A stretch of 64,000 nucleotides of DNA. Origin: a bacterium. GTDB taxonomy: Bacteria > Patescibacteriota > Minisyncoccia > Phycocordibacterales > UBA9973. The notes beneath the pieces were generated by a model. The model was not told the origin of the DNA. It did no database searches and saw nothing but the letters and a program-made list of their open reading frames with translations. The stretch is taken from NCBI GenBank assembly GCA_037127795.1, contig JBAXXQ010000001.1:335505-399504 (forward strand), in the 5' to 3' direction. Within the stretch, counting starts at the first letter, position 1. Every line of letters starts with the position of its first letter. Below, in pieces: positions 1-9,132 of the stretch. The position numbers and the translations under genes are program-made.

Positions 1-56
1 TATAAAAATCATTTTATACCGCTGATCAATAAAAGAATCGAAGAAAGTTTTATATA

Positions 57-89
57 AAAAAGAGGTATGAATTAATTCATACCTCTTTT
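57..89. terminator. Perfect palindromic hairpin AAGAGGTATGAATT/AATTCATACCTCTT flanked by A-run and T-run; bidirectional intrinsic terminator
   Basis: Inverted repeat read directly in sequence, A5 upstream and T4 downstream; lies just downstream of the minus-strand ORF ending at 94. Confidence 0.6.
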
Positions 90-93
90 GCGA

Positions 94-765
94 TTATTTT
101 GTAATTATTGATCGCAATGATTTTAGAAGTGTTTTTCTTTTTCCTTTTGTTTTTTGATTAAACGTTTTTATTTTTGCAATAAAGTCAGAATCATCTATTG
201 ATCCATATGCAACACCTTCAGGAATTTCTGGTGCTTTGAAAACAAAAATAGGTATATTTCCAACTTCTTTTTCAATTTCACTTTCTAAAAACACACAAGT
301 ATCTTTTGTATAGTTTTTTAGCTCAACTATTTTAAAAGACTCTATGTTCTTTTTGTTTTTTGTTGTTTCTACAAAAAAATACTCTTCTGCTTTTTTGTAG
401 AAAGGAATAAGGAATCCTCTTGCAATTGCGGTATTGTCTATATATCCTGCAAAAACATATTTTCCTTTTAATTCAACAACTCCTTCTTGGAGATATTTCT
501 TAAAAAGAGTTTGGTTTAGGATTCTGTATGATCCGCCATAACCCTTTACTTGAACTCCTTTTTCTTTTATTCCAACGGCAAGAATTTCATCCTTTTTTAT
601 AAACTCTGATTCACTGCTATGTCCATTTAGGAAATGAAACAAAACAGTATCTTTTTCTATAGATGTTGGTTGTTCTACAAAAATAGAAGGCTTATTTCCA
701 ATGCCATACTTCCAAGAAAACATATAATGTTCTTCTAGAGAAAACGCGTAATTGTCTTTGTGCAT
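94..765 (-). CDS. Hypothetical protein (223 aa), no recognisable domain
   Basis: Long ORF bounded by terminators on both sides; no motif recognised. Confidence 0.5.
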   Translation of the reverse strand: MHKDNYAFSLEEHYMFSWKYGIGNKPSIFVEQPTSIEKDTVLFHFLNGHSSESEFIKKDEILAVGIKEKGVQVKGYGGSYRILNQTLFKKYLQEGVVELKGKYVFAGYIDNTAIARGFLIPFYKKAEEYFFVETTKNKKNIESFKIVELKNYTKDTCVFLESEIEKEVGNIPIFVFKAPEIPEGVAYGSIDDSDFIAKIKTFNQKTKGKRKTLLKSLRSIITK

Positions 766-830
766 AAAATATATTTTTTTTGAATACTACATTTTATTTT
801 ATCAAAGTCAAGTATTTTATTTATAAAAAT

Positions 831-862
831 AAAAAGCTCGGACCAATTGGTCGAGCTTTTTT
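831..862. terminator. Hairpin AGCTCGGACC..GGTCGAGCT followed by T6; intrinsic terminator between two minus-strand genes
   Basis: Inverted repeat with A5 and T6 flanks. Confidence 0.55.
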
Positions 863-873
863 GTACAGATTAT

Positions 874-1305
874 TTAGAATTCAATTTCCAAATAATCCGC
901 AGGGTGTAAAGAATGTTGTGATAGAAGCTTTTTTTGCTTTAGCTTCCTGTATATAACCTCTGGAAGAACGTCACAGTAATTTTCATCCGCTATTATTATG
1001 CCGATTGAATGACCGTGTTGTTTTATTTTTAATTGGATCATCTTTACTGAATCTCTTGGGTTAAAGATTCTTTCGTTATGCCAGAGCATACTGTCTGGTT
1101 CATAGCCGACACCTAATCCATCAGACAATATCTGAGCTGTCTCTACAGCTTCTTGTTGCGGGGAACACAGAATTTTTACTGTGTGTCCAAGTAAACTTCC
1201 CCGGTTTAATTCTTGGAGCAAGCGTTCAACTTGTACCTTTCCTTTACCAGTTAGTCCTTTTTCAGGAGTAAATTCTCCAGGGAGAACAAAAATTAATTTT
1301 TTCAT
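874..1305 (-). CDS. Histidine-phosphatase-superfamily (SixA-like) protein with substituted catalytic residues
   Basis: Length and layout resemble SixA, but the RHG motif is LPGE and the distal SH is AD, so probably non-catalytic. Confidence 0.35.
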   Translation of the reverse strand: MKKLIFVLPGEFTPEKGLTGKGKVQVERLLQELNRGSLLGHTVKILCSPQQEAVETAQILSDGLGVGYEPDSMLWHNERIFNPRDSVKMIQLKIKQHGHSIGIIIADENYCDVLPEVIYRKLKQKKLLSQHSLHPADYLEIEF

Positions 1306-1377
1306 ATACGGTAATTTTTTACTTATATTACATTATAAAAATATATTGTCAAATAGCTATTGTAGTATACTAAGATA

Positions 1378-1614
1378 ATGATTTATATAGATGTTCGAAC
1401 AAAAGAAGAGTTTGATGGTGGACATGTTGATGGCGCGTTGCATCACGACATAATGCAAATGATGCAAGGATTTTTTCCAGACCTAGAAAAAGATGCTGAT
1501 ATTACTTTGTATTGTCAGTCTGGTAATCGTGCAATGATGGCGCTCGGTATGATGCATGCAGCAGGATTTACTCATGTTACAAATGGTGGCGGTATAGCAG
1601 ATATACAAAAATAG
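1378..1614 (+). CDS. Single-domain rhodanese-like sulfurtransferase
   Basis: Active-site loop CQSGNR with catalytic Cys; 78 aa, GlpE/PspE-like size. Confidence 0.85.
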   Translation: MIYIDVRTKEEFDGGHVDGALHHDIMQMMQGFFPDLEKDADITLYCQSGNRAMMALGMMHAAGFTHVTNGGGIADIQK

Positions 1615-1642
1615 TTTTTATTTAAGGTATTATACTTCGCAC

Positions 1643-2533
1643 ATGGAACCACAAAACTCATCTATAAAAAAAGTAGTATGGGTTTTGTGTATTATGGTGG
1701 TACTAGGTGTATCATTATTTTTGTATACAAAAGCTCATGCACCAATACAAGAAAACTATTTGGTACAAAAAGTTGATATTGAACAACCTAAATCGCAAGG
1801 TGAAATACCTGAAACGCTGTATCACGAATATCTAGTACATACTAGTAATGTACAAAAAGAGCTCATCGGTATATCACAAAATCATGTATCACTACTATTG
1901 GATATAAACCGTATTGACATAGATCATATTAAAAAAGGAATGACTATCGTTGTACCAAATAATTTTTCAGACATTACTTCATTTGCGCCGTTACCGGAAG
2001 TTTTATCTAGTGCAAAATCATTTCCTAAATTGATAGTGATATCTCAAAAGGTGCAAGTGTTTGGTGTATATGAATATGGGAATCTTGTTCGTTGGGGACC
2101 AGCAAGTACTGGTAAAGAATCTACTCCTACACCAAGTAAATTATATTTTACAAACTGGAAAGGACTCAGTGTAAGAAGTAGTATAGATGATACATGGGTT
2201 ATGCCGTGGTATTTCAATTTGGATAATACGCACGGTGTGTCTATGCATCAATATGACCTTCCTGGATTTCCTGCAAGTCATGCGTGTATCAGACTTCTCA
2301 AGGATGATGCAGTATGGCTCTATAATTGGGCAGAGCAATGGACACTTTCTTCAAACGGGCAACATATACAAACATATGGGACACCTGTACTTATTTTTGG
2401 TGAGTATGTATATACAGAACCTGCGCCGTGGAAAAACCTTGTAAACAATCCCAATAGTGCGAGTATCGATATCACTACTTTGGAAAAAAGTCTCGCACTA
2501 TACGTAGCTGAAATTGTAGAGAAGAAAAAATAA
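1643..2533 (+). CDS. Membrane-anchored L,D-transpeptidase (YkuD domain) with LysM-like segment
   Basis: N-terminal TM; H..SHACIRL catalytic His/Cys motif typical of YkuD L,D-transpeptidases. Confidence 0.7.
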   Translation: MEPQNSSIKKVVWVLCIMVVLGVSLFLYTKAHAPIQENYLVQKVDIEQPKSQGEIPETLYHEYLVHTSNVQKELIGISQNHVSLLLDINRIDIDHIKKGMTIVVPNNFSDITSFAPLPEVLSSAKSFPKLIVISQKVQVFGVYEYGNLVRWGPASTGKESTPTPSKLYFTNWKGLSVRSSIDDTWVMPWYFNLDNTHGVSMHQYDLPGFPASHACIRLLKDDAVWLYNWAEQWTLSSNGQHIQTYGTPVLIFGEYVYTEPAPWKNLVNNPNSASIDITTLEKSLALYVAEIVEKKK

Positions 2534-2570
2534 GTTTCTATTTTAGTATTTTTCTGCTAGTATAGACGCA

Positions 2571-3143
2571 ATGACTATAACAGCTGCAAAATTTGTAAAA
2601 GGATTTGTTGATCCCAAAGAGGTAGAAAAAGAAACGCTTCCGCAGTATGCGTTTATTGGGCGTTCAAATGTAGGGAAGTCTAGTTTGATAAATACACTCA
2701 CCAAACAAAAAGGACTCGCAAAAACAAGTTCTTTTCCTGGACGCACACAACAAATAAATCTCTTTTTAATTAATAATAAATTTCATCTAGTAGATTTGCC
2801 TGGATACGGATTCGCACGTGTGTCTGCTGGTGGCCGAGATACTATCTTTGAGCTTATTCGAGGATACTTGTTTGGTAATAATACCTGCATACAAAAAGTG
2901 GTGCTTATTATAGATGGTGTAGTAGGTCCTACACGAGACGATCTTGATATGCTCGAAGCACTCGAACATTCTGGAAAAAATATTGTTATCGCAGTAAATA
3001 AGATTGATAAAATAAAAAAATCTGACTACAAAAAACAATTAGAAAAAATACAAGGTCTTGTTGGTGCACATATACTCATGCCTATTTCTGCAGAAAAGAA
3101 AATCGGTATTGGAGAGCTCGGAAATATAGTATTTGAAAAATAA
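2571..3143 (+). CDS. engB: Ribosome biogenesis GTP-binding protein YihA/EngB
   Basis: GRSNVGKSSLIN P-loop, DLPGYGF switch and NKIDK G4 motifs in EngB order. Confidence 0.9.
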   Translation: MTITAAKFVKGFVDPKEVEKETLPQYAFIGRSNVGKSSLINTLTKQKGLAKTSSFPGRTQQINLFLINNKFHLVDLPGYGFARVSAGGRDTIFELIRGYLFGNNTCIQKVVLIIDGVVGPTRDDLDMLEALEHSGKNIVIAVNKIDKIKKSDYKKQLEKIQGLVGAHILMPISAEKKIGIGELGNIVFEK

Positions 3144-3160
3144 TTCTTACACAGTGGAGA

Positions 3161-3931
3161 TTATTTTTTGAGGAGCTCTATATCTTTTGTACTTATCTCT
3201 TGCATTGAAGACTCGCTCATTTTTCCTATAGCGAGATGTCCTATCTTGGTACGAACAAGAGATTCTATAGTGAGATGACACGCATCGCACATGCGACGGA
3301 TTTGGTGTTTTCTTCCTTCAAAAAGGGTAATGGTAAATACTGATCGAGAGATACGTTTTACTACGGCTTTTTTTGTCATAACCTTGTCGAGCATAATACC
3401 AGAGCTCATTTTTGCGAGCTGTTCATTGGTAACATTTTCTCGGACTGTTACTGTGTATTCTTTGCCTATAGAGCTGTCTTCTTTGGTAAGTGCTGCGGTG
3501 AGGGTGCCATCATTACTCATAATGATAAGCCCTTCGGAATCTTTGTCGAGGCGGCCGATAGGGTGCAGGTGAGTGAGTTTGGGGTATTGGGTGTGGAGGT
3601 CTGGAGTGTTGGGAGTAGTATGACTTGTTTCAATACCTCGTTTTTTGTATACCAAATAAGACTCTTTTTTTACTACTTGTTTTCCTGTATCTATAATATC
3701 TTTTCCTACTACAATACCAAACCCGGGTTCTTTGATAACACGCCCATTAACCTTTACCAATCCTCGCATGATGAGGTCTTTTGCTTCACGACGAGACGCA
3801 ATACCCTCATACGCTATTGCACGTTCAAGACGCTCAAATCCTTTGGGGAGTGTAGAAGGGTCTTTGGGTGCTGGTTTTCTTTCTATTTTCATTGTGCCGA
3901 GTATAGCATATATAAAAAAAGACCCTATCAT
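3161..3931 (-). CDS. rluB: Pseudouridine synthase, RsuA/RluB family (S4 domain plus catalytic domain)
   Basis: HPIGRLDKDSEGLIIMSNDG catalytic Asp motif; N-terminal S4-like RLERAIAYEG; probable true start at the second Met (MKIERK). Confidence 0.85.
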   Translation of the reverse strand: MIGSFFIYAILGTMKIERKPAPKDPSTLPKGFERLERAIAYEGIASRREAKDLIMRGLVKVNGRVIKEPGFGIVVGKDIIDTGKQVVKKESYLVYKKRGIETSHTTPNTPDLHTQYPKLTHLHPIGRLDKDSEGLIIMSNDGTLTAALTKEDSSIGKEYTVTVRENVTNEQLAKMSSGIMLDKVMTKKAVVKRISRSVFTITLFEGRKHQIRRMCDACHLTIESLVRTKIGHLAIGKMSESSMQEISTKDIELLKK

Positions 3932-3954
3932 TACGATAGAGTCTTTTGAAAATA

Positions 3955-4260
3955 TTATTTTTTCTTTTTTGGAGAAACTTTTTTAGGGGTAGCTTTTGCT
4001 ACTACCTTTTTTACTGTTTTCTTAACAGTCTTTTTTACAGCTTTTTCTGCAATACCAAAATCTTTGAGGATTTCTTTTTTAATATTCTTTGCAGCAGCTT
4101 GTACTTTCTTTTGATTCTTTTTGCCATCGGGGCCGAGTAGGTAATATGCACCAGCCGCAAGAGCTGCGCCGCCTGCAATACCTGCTACTATTTTTCCTTT
4201 TGATACATTTGATTTTTTAATACCCTTTTTCTTTTGTGTCATATGTATATAGTATAGCAA
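3955..4260 (-). CDS. YtxH-like small Lys-rich protein
   Basis: IAGGAALAAGAYYLLGPDGKK resembles the YtxH domain; Lys-rich tail; sits next to a DUF948-like gene as in the B. subtilis ytxG-ytxH arrangement. Confidence 0.45.
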   Translation of the reverse strand: MLYYIHMTQKKKGIKKSNVSKGKIVAGIAGGAALAAGAYYLLGPDGKKNQKKVQAAAKNIKKEILKDFGIAEKAVKKTVKKTVKKVVAKATPKKVSPKKKK

Positions 4261-4263
4261 GTA

Positions 4264-4578
4264 TTATTTATTTCGTCGTCTCTTTTTGGGGAAAAATAAT
4301 CTAAATAGTGTACTTTCTTGAATATCAAATAATAAATCTTTTGCATCTTCGTTGAGTGAGTCTATATTTTTTTCTAAAAGATCGATAAGTTTTTTGATAT
4401 GACGAAGTATTTTGATTGCATAAAAAAGACATATTGCAAAAAGTACCCACAATAGCACAAAGCCGATTGAAGAAATAAGGAAGAAAATACTTGATTGTGT
4501 TGCGATATTCATATAGTACAGTATACCGCTTGGACGGAAATAAAAAAAGGCTACACGGGGTGTGTAGCCTTTTTGCAC
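4264..4578 (-). CDS. DUF948-like small membrane/coiled-coil protein (YtxG-like)
   Basis: One TM followed by a coiled-coil segment; probable start at the internal Met (MNIATQ). Confidence 0.4.
   Translation of the reverse strand: MQKGYTPRVAFFYFRPSGILYYMNIATQSSIFFLISSIGFVLLWVLFAICLFYAIKILRHIKKLIDLLEKNIDSLNEDAKDLLFDIQESTLFRLFFPKKRRRNK
4542..4574. terminator. Hairpin GGCTACAC-GGGG-TGTGTAGCC with A7 and T5 flanks
   Basis: Perfect 8-bp stem at the stop codon of the upstream minus-strand gene. Confidence 0.6.
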
Positions 4579-5006
4579 TTTTTTAAAATGCAGCTAATTT
4601 TTTTGAACAAGTCCTCATTTTCCGAAATGGATTGCTCCTCTTTTTTTTCAAAGAGTTTAATAAATTTTCGATTTGAAGCATTTCGTAACGCTTCTTCGTC
4701 TCCATAAATAAGGATATGTGCAACATCTTCAGGATCAGGATCTTCTGTTCTTGTAAAGTGTGTACCAGATATTTCTAGTACCTGGTTAAAATTGATTATG
4801 ACTATATCGTAATGATTTTTTTTGTACCGTTTTTTTGCGGTATATACATTTTCAATAATCTCAAGATCAATTTCTTCTTCGGCAAGAAATAAGTTCAGCG
4901 CCATAATAAAATTTAATTGCTCTTCTTTATTTTTTTCTAAGAGCAGTAATTTTTTGTTTTGGAACATGTAAGTAAGTTTTTCTTTTATATTACTAGAAAA
5001 TATCAA
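4551..5006 (-). CDS. Receiver-like (CheY-fold) domain protein lacking the canonical phospho-acceptor residues
   Basis: Beta-alpha pattern KKLLLLE...DIVIIN...HILIYGDEE resembles a receiver domain, but the acidic pocket is not conserved. Confidence 0.3.
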   Translation of the reverse strand: MIFSSNIKEKLTYMFQNKKLLLLEKNKEEQLNFIMALNLFLAEEEIDLEIIENVYTAKKRYKKNHYDIVIINFNQVLEISGTHFTRTEDPDPEDVAHILIYGDEEALRNASNRKFIKLFEKKEEQSISENEDLFKKISCILKKCKKATHPV

Positions 5007-5014
5007 TATGTCAA

Positions 5015-5311
5015 TTGATTAGTGTAGATATGAGTATATTATATAGCTATATGGTACGAATTATGGTCCAAGCAAAAGCAAATGCAAAAAAGGAGAGTAT
5101 TGTATTGTTGACCCAGCCGACGCTTGATTTGCCTGGTAGTACAAAGACTATGGATGTGTACAAAATCACTGTCTGTGAGCCTTCAGTAAACAATATGGCC
5201 AACAATGCAATTATACGGGTCCTTGCAGAATATTTTTGTGTAGCAAAATCGTGTGTGTCTTTGGTATCTGGTGCGACTGCCAAGAAAAAGGTTTTTGAGG
5301 TATTATTATAG
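5015..5311 (+). CDS. YggU/DUF167 family protein
   Basis: KANAKKESIV...GATAKKKVFEV pattern typical of UPF0235; probable start at an internal Met. Confidence 0.6.
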   Translation: MISVDMSILYSYMVRIMVQAKANAKKESIVLLTQPTLDLPGSTKTMDVYKITVCEPSVNNMANNAIIRVLAEYFCVAKSCVSLVSGATAKKKVFEVLL

Positions 5312-5313
5312 AT

Positions 5314-5769
5314 ATGAAAAAAGAACCGGTAGGAAAAAATTTTGATCCAACATTTCATCCAGAGCTCACTCCTCAAGAAATGCTCGAGCTGGGAGTATTT
5401 GGCGGTTTATATTTTTCTGATAAACCAAAAGAATTTCCTCGATCATGGTTTACTCATGTAAAACTTTCTCCCGATAAAAAGGCACACAAAGAATTAAATT
5501 ACTTTGGTGTTATTGCAAGTCAGCCGCTTCGTGTCTGGCAACAAAAAGGGTGGATACATCCAGATGATCCTCGAGGATGGTTTCAGTGGTATTGTAGGTA
5601 TTATCTTGGGCGCAGACATCCAGATGATGCACGACAAATCAAACGATGGAAAATGATACGTAGACACAGCGCGCAAATCGCAAAACATTGTAGACGTGGC
5701 GATGTGTTTTGCCGCCCCAAACAAAGACAGGCACTTTTGCACTGGGCATATGATGCACGAAATATATAG
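5314..5769 (+). CDS. Conserved hypothetical protein with GWFQWYCRYYLGRR motif
   Basis: ORF with distinctive W/R-rich motif; family not assigned. Confidence 0.5.
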   Translation: MKKEPVGKNFDPTFHPELTPQEMLELGVFGGLYFSDKPKEFPRSWFTHVKLSPDKKAHKELNYFGVIASQPLRVWQQKGWIHPDDPRGWFQWYCRYYLGRRHPDDARQIKRWKMIRRHSAQIAKHCRRGDVFCRPKQRQALLHWAYDARNI

Positions 5770-5812
5770 TTTGCTATACTGAGAGTATTAAAAAATAATA
5801 CAAATAATATAT

Positions 5813-5878
5813 ATGGCAAAAGGAAACGAATCTCGCAAAAAAGAAGCAAAGAAACCAAAGAAAGAAGTAAAGAAATAA
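5813..5878 (+). CDS. Tiny ORF MAKGNESRKKEAKKPKKEVKK (21 aa) with its own promoter-like motif and terminator
   Basis: ATG 38 nt after TTGCTA-N17-AATAAT; immediately followed by a strong terminator; not in the ORF track because it is under 60 aa. Confidence 0.3.
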   Translation: MAKGNESRKKEAKKPKKEVKK

Positions 5879-5880
5879 GT

Positions 5881-5910
5881 AAAACCCCGGCACTATGTCG
5901 GGGTTTTATT
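5881..5910 (+). terminator. Intrinsic terminator CCCCGGC-ACTAT-GTCGGGG followed by TTTTATT
   Basis: GC-rich 7-bp stem and T-run read in sequence. Confidence 0.65.
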
Positions 5911-5950
5911 GTGATACACTTGTTATATTACTACATAATCATTTTTATAT

Positions 5951-6328
5951 ATGGTACGAAATGTAAACAAAGAACATAAAGAAAGTCTCAGCATGCTAGA
6001 TAAAGCAGCGATAGTTATTACTAATATTGTAGGTACTATGTGGTGCGCTATAGCATTTACCATACTTGCATTGATTAGTCTTCCGCAGGCTATATCTGGT
6101 GGTACAGCGACAACTATATCTTGGATTGCGCAAACATTTTTACAATTGGTTTTACTTTCTATTATTATGGTAGGGCAAAATTTGCAAAGTCGTCATGCTG
6201 AACGTCGCGCTGATGCAGATTATGAGACCAATATAGAAGCAAAAAAAGATATTGAAACACTCATGAAAAGACTCGATGCAATAGAAACAGACAAACTTGA
6301 TAAGATTTTAGAAAAAATAGGGGAATAG
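5951..6328 (+). CDS. DUF1003 family membrane protein
   Basis: Two TM helices then SRHAERRADADYETNIEAKKDIETL, the characteristic DUF1003 C-terminal layout. Confidence 0.6.
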   Translation: MVRNVNKEHKESLSMLDKAAIVITNIVGTMWCAIAFTILALISLPQAISGGTATTISWIAQTFLQLVLLSIIMVGQNLQSRHAERRADADYETNIEAKKDIETLMKRLDAIETDKLDKILEKIGE

Positions 6329-6400
6329 GAGGATTTTTTGAGGGTACTTGACTTTTTAATTTATTTGTGCTAATATATATACAAACTTAAATTAAAATTT

Positions 6401-7441
6401 ATGAAAAAAATTAGTTCGTTAAAAACGTTTTTTATTGCTTTTACTGCAATGGTATTTTCGACTTCATGTACAAAGAGTGTATCACCAGAAACAGCAGGTA
6501 CTGATACATTACCGGTACTAAATCAGCCAAGTATAAATGTGGCAAAATCGACAGTTTCTCAGTATATTGCTTCTGCAAATCATGCAGATAATACAGTACG
6601 AGTATCATTTCATTTTACATCAAATACTGATGTAACCGTTACTGAATTGAGGTATGAAGAAATTTCTTCTACACCGACAATAACAGGTATAGGGGTGAAT
6701 AATACTTTTGCTTGTGCAGTTTCTGGAAAAATGATGGTCGCAGGTCTTAATATGTTGGTTGCTAAAAGTGGCCAGGGTGTAGATCTTGATACGTACATTT
6801 CGTATGGAGTAGTTGGAGCGAATGGAACTCCTAGTGGGACAATTTCTCAACTCAAATTAACGTCGGTTAAATGCGTTGATAAAGCTTCGGGTAATACGTA
6901 TGTAATACAGGTAAACAATGTAATATCACCAGCTATGACACTGGTAGGTTCAAAACCTGAAAACATTTTGGTAACATCACCAAATACTGCTTTGTCTGTA
7001 GGTATGGTACATGTTGCAGATATTACTATGACTGCAAATACTCAGGGAAATTTTTCTCAGAATGAAATTGGTTTTGTTTTGAACACTACCGGTACTGTAA
7101 CCTTTGGTTCTACAGGGACTGCATTTGTAAAAGATGCAAATAACTCTTTGGTATCTGGTATATCGATACAACAAGTGTCATCAAGTGTGCCAAATCAATC
7201 TGTTATGAAAATAGTATTTCCTTCTAGTGGGTATATTGTTGCCGCAGGAACAACTGTTACATTTCAAGTGTATATACCAGTAACAACATTAGTAGATTTT
7301 GGTAGTGGAAATAGTATTTCTACTACAATAAATAATACTGGATTTGTTTGGACTGATATAACAGGGTCTGGTGTTTCAAAAGCTTGTGAGGGTAGTTTGA
7401 TTTATGGTTTTCCTATAACAGGTGCCCGTATAACAAAATAA
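6401..7441 (+). CDS. Secreted Thr/Ser/Val-rich lipoprotein-like surface protein
   Basis: Signal peptide with lipobox-like FSTSC; T/S/V/G-rich beta-rich composition. Confidence 0.55.
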   Translation: MKKISSLKTFFIAFTAMVFSTSCTKSVSPETAGTDTLPVLNQPSINVAKSTVSQYIASANHADNTVRVSFHFTSNTDVTVTELRYEEISSTPTITGIGVNNTFACAVSGKMMVAGLNMLVAKSGQGVDLDTYISYGVVGANGTPSGTISQLKLTSVKCVDKASGNTYVIQVNNVISPAMTLVGSKPENILVTSPNTALSVGMVHVADITMTANTQGNFSQNEIGFVLNTTGTVTFGSTGTAFVKDANNSLVSGISIQQVSSSVPNQSVMKIVFPSSGYIVAAGTTVTFQVYIPVTTLVDFGSGNSISTTINNTGFVWTDITGSGVSKACEGSLIYGFPITGARITK

Positions 7442-7470
7442 AAAACGTTTATAGTACTAAAAAAAGAAAG

Positions 7471-7501
7471 AAAAAAGCCTCGATGAAAATCGGGGCTTTT
7501 A
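7471..7501 (+). terminator. Hairpin AGCCTCGA-tgaaaa-TCGGGGCT followed by a T-run
   Basis: Inverted repeat downstream of the 6401..7441 ORF. Confidence 0.55.
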
Positions 7502-7559
7502 CTATATTTAATAGATGTGAAAATAATATTAATATGTTATAGTATAAAAAATTTTTTGT

Positions 7560-7901
7560 ATGAAATCTAAAAAAGAAATAGCAGCACTTAAATTAGGTAC
7601 ACCAAAACTCGATGATATTATAAGGTATGTTGTAAGTCATGGAGACTGGAGAATCAAAAGAGGTAAAAATCTTTCTGCTACACTTCCAGCACCTTACATG
7701 ATATGTAATCCTTTAAAAGCTTATAGAACAGCAAAAGAGTTATTATCAAATAATAAGGTAAATAAAGCTAGAATGGCTCTAAGACGTCAGATGCTCCACA
7801 CGGGACAAACACCCTTAGAGGCTATACTAGGGGTTCGACCTCCTAATGAGTCACCATGGCCCGGGGCAAGAAAAGTACCTCATACTACAAATTGGTATTA
7901 A
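7560..7901 (+). CDS. Hypothetical protein (113 aa)
   Basis: ORF bounded by terminators; no domain recognised. Confidence 0.4.
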   Translation: MKSKKEIAALKLGTPKLDDIIRYVVSHGDWRIKRGKNLSATLPAPYMICNPLKAYRTAKELLSNNKVNKARMALRRQMLHTGQTPLEAILGVRPPNESPWPGARKVPHTTNWY

Positions 7902-7911
7902 TTTCGTATTT

Positions 7912-7943
7912 AAAAAGCTGTCTGTTATAGACAGTTTTTTTTT
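7912..7943 (+). terminator. Hairpin CTGTC-N7-GACAG followed by T9
   Basis: Inverted repeat plus long T-run. Confidence 0.55.
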
Positions 7944-7972
7944 ATTTACAAAATATATAAGTATGCTATTGT

Positions 7973-8911
7973 TTGGTTAAATTAAAACGCACAAATATGG
8001 CACGAATTACACAGTTACCACTTTGTTATCGTTTCTCTTTCAATATTGAAACAATGACACTATCTTTGATAATACAAAAATGGCTTATGCCAGAATTACA
8101 AAAACGACTACGCGCAGAGACTCTTCTTATGGATTATATGTATCGAGAGTATGGAGGAGATAAAACAGTATTTGCTTCATGCGGGGAGCAGTTATCTTTT
8201 GGTTATGAAAATGCGATACAATTTCTTTTTGAAACAGATACAGAAATTGCATATGGGTATACCTTTACTCCTGTCATTGAACCAACAGAAGAAATCTGTG
8301 ATCGTTGTAATGGAACCAAAATCGATCACTTCGAACATCCTTGTAATGATTGTAGGGCAACAGGCAAAAAGCATGTACAAAGCAAGAGACATTTTCAACA
8401 AGGAATGCTCAGCTTGTGTCCAATAGTTCGATTTTTAAATGGTGCATTACTTGATAATTGTACTGACAAAAATGACCATGATTGGAAATCTGAAACGAAT
8501 GAAAAGCAATTAATTGCTCTTGAATGGACCGACACTACTGGTATGCATAATTGCTCAATATCTGCATGGACTGATGATTTTGTATTTGAATGGCTCAAAC
8601 AAGCTTCTGATATAGAATTACAACAAATGACGTATACTATGGCTCGTGTAGAAGAAGTATTATTGCGCAAAGATCCAGACGCATATTCTCGACGATTATT
8701 TCGTTTTGACTTTTATGATGGTACTCATTTTGGATTTCAGGCTCCGGGTAATGCTTGCACATTAGGGACCAGTTCATACACAAGTGGCATGTTCGGAAGT
8801 ATTGGAAAAACATTAAGCCCTCACAATGTTGATAATAGATTTCAACAAATAGAATTTATTGTTGGGCTTGCAGTGTTGAATGATTTGATTATAAAAAGTA
8901 CGGTAAAGTAA
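7973..8911 (+). CDS. Hypothetical protein with Cys-rich zinc-ribbon-like motif (CDRCNGTK...HPCNDCRATGK)
   Basis: Two CxxC pairs; probable start at MARITQ; no homology recognised. Confidence 0.45.
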   Translation: MVKLKRTNMARITQLPLCYRFSFNIETMTLSLIIQKWLMPELQKRLRAETLLMDYMYREYGGDKTVFASCGEQLSFGYENAIQFLFETDTEIAYGYTFTPVIEPTEEICDRCNGTKIDHFEHPCNDCRATGKKHVQSKRHFQQGMLSLCPIVRFLNGALLDNCTDKNDHDWKSETNEKQLIALEWTDTTGMHNCSISAWTDDFVFEWLKQASDIELQQMTYTMARVEEVLLRKDPDAYSRRLFRFDFYDGTHFGFQAPGNACTLGTSSYTSGMFGSIGKTLSPHNVDNRFQQIEFIVGLAVLNDLIIKSTVK

Positions 8912-8945
8912 CAAAAAAAATCCTTTTTAAAAGGAGTTTTTTCTA

Positions 8946-9021
8946 TGGTGGACCCTAGGAGATTCGAACTCCTGACCTCCTCATTGCAAATGAGGCGCTC
9001 TACCAGCTAAGCTAAGGGCCC
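8946..9021 (-). tRNA. tRNA-Ala (anticodon UGC)
   Basis: Reverse complement gives GGGCCCTTAGCTTAGCTGGTAGAGCGCCTCATTTGCAATGAGGAGGTCAGGAGTTCGAATCTCCTAGGGTCCACCA; cloverleaf with G3:U70 Ala identity pair, anticodon loop TTTGCAA, encoded CCA. Confidence 0.9.
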
Positions 9022-9132
9022 AAAAGTGGACAAAAAGTATTGTACTCAAAGAAACATTTTTTTGCAAGTCCTTGGTTTTAATCTAGTAAAATTTTGATTC
9101 TTTTATCTAAATTAGTGATATACTAGAAATAT

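Noticed and set aside
4551-5006. Bona fide response-regulator receiver domain
   Set aside because: Fold-like periodicity is present, but the conserved acidic pocket and phospho-acceptor Asp context are missing, so it is reported only as receiver-like at low confidence.
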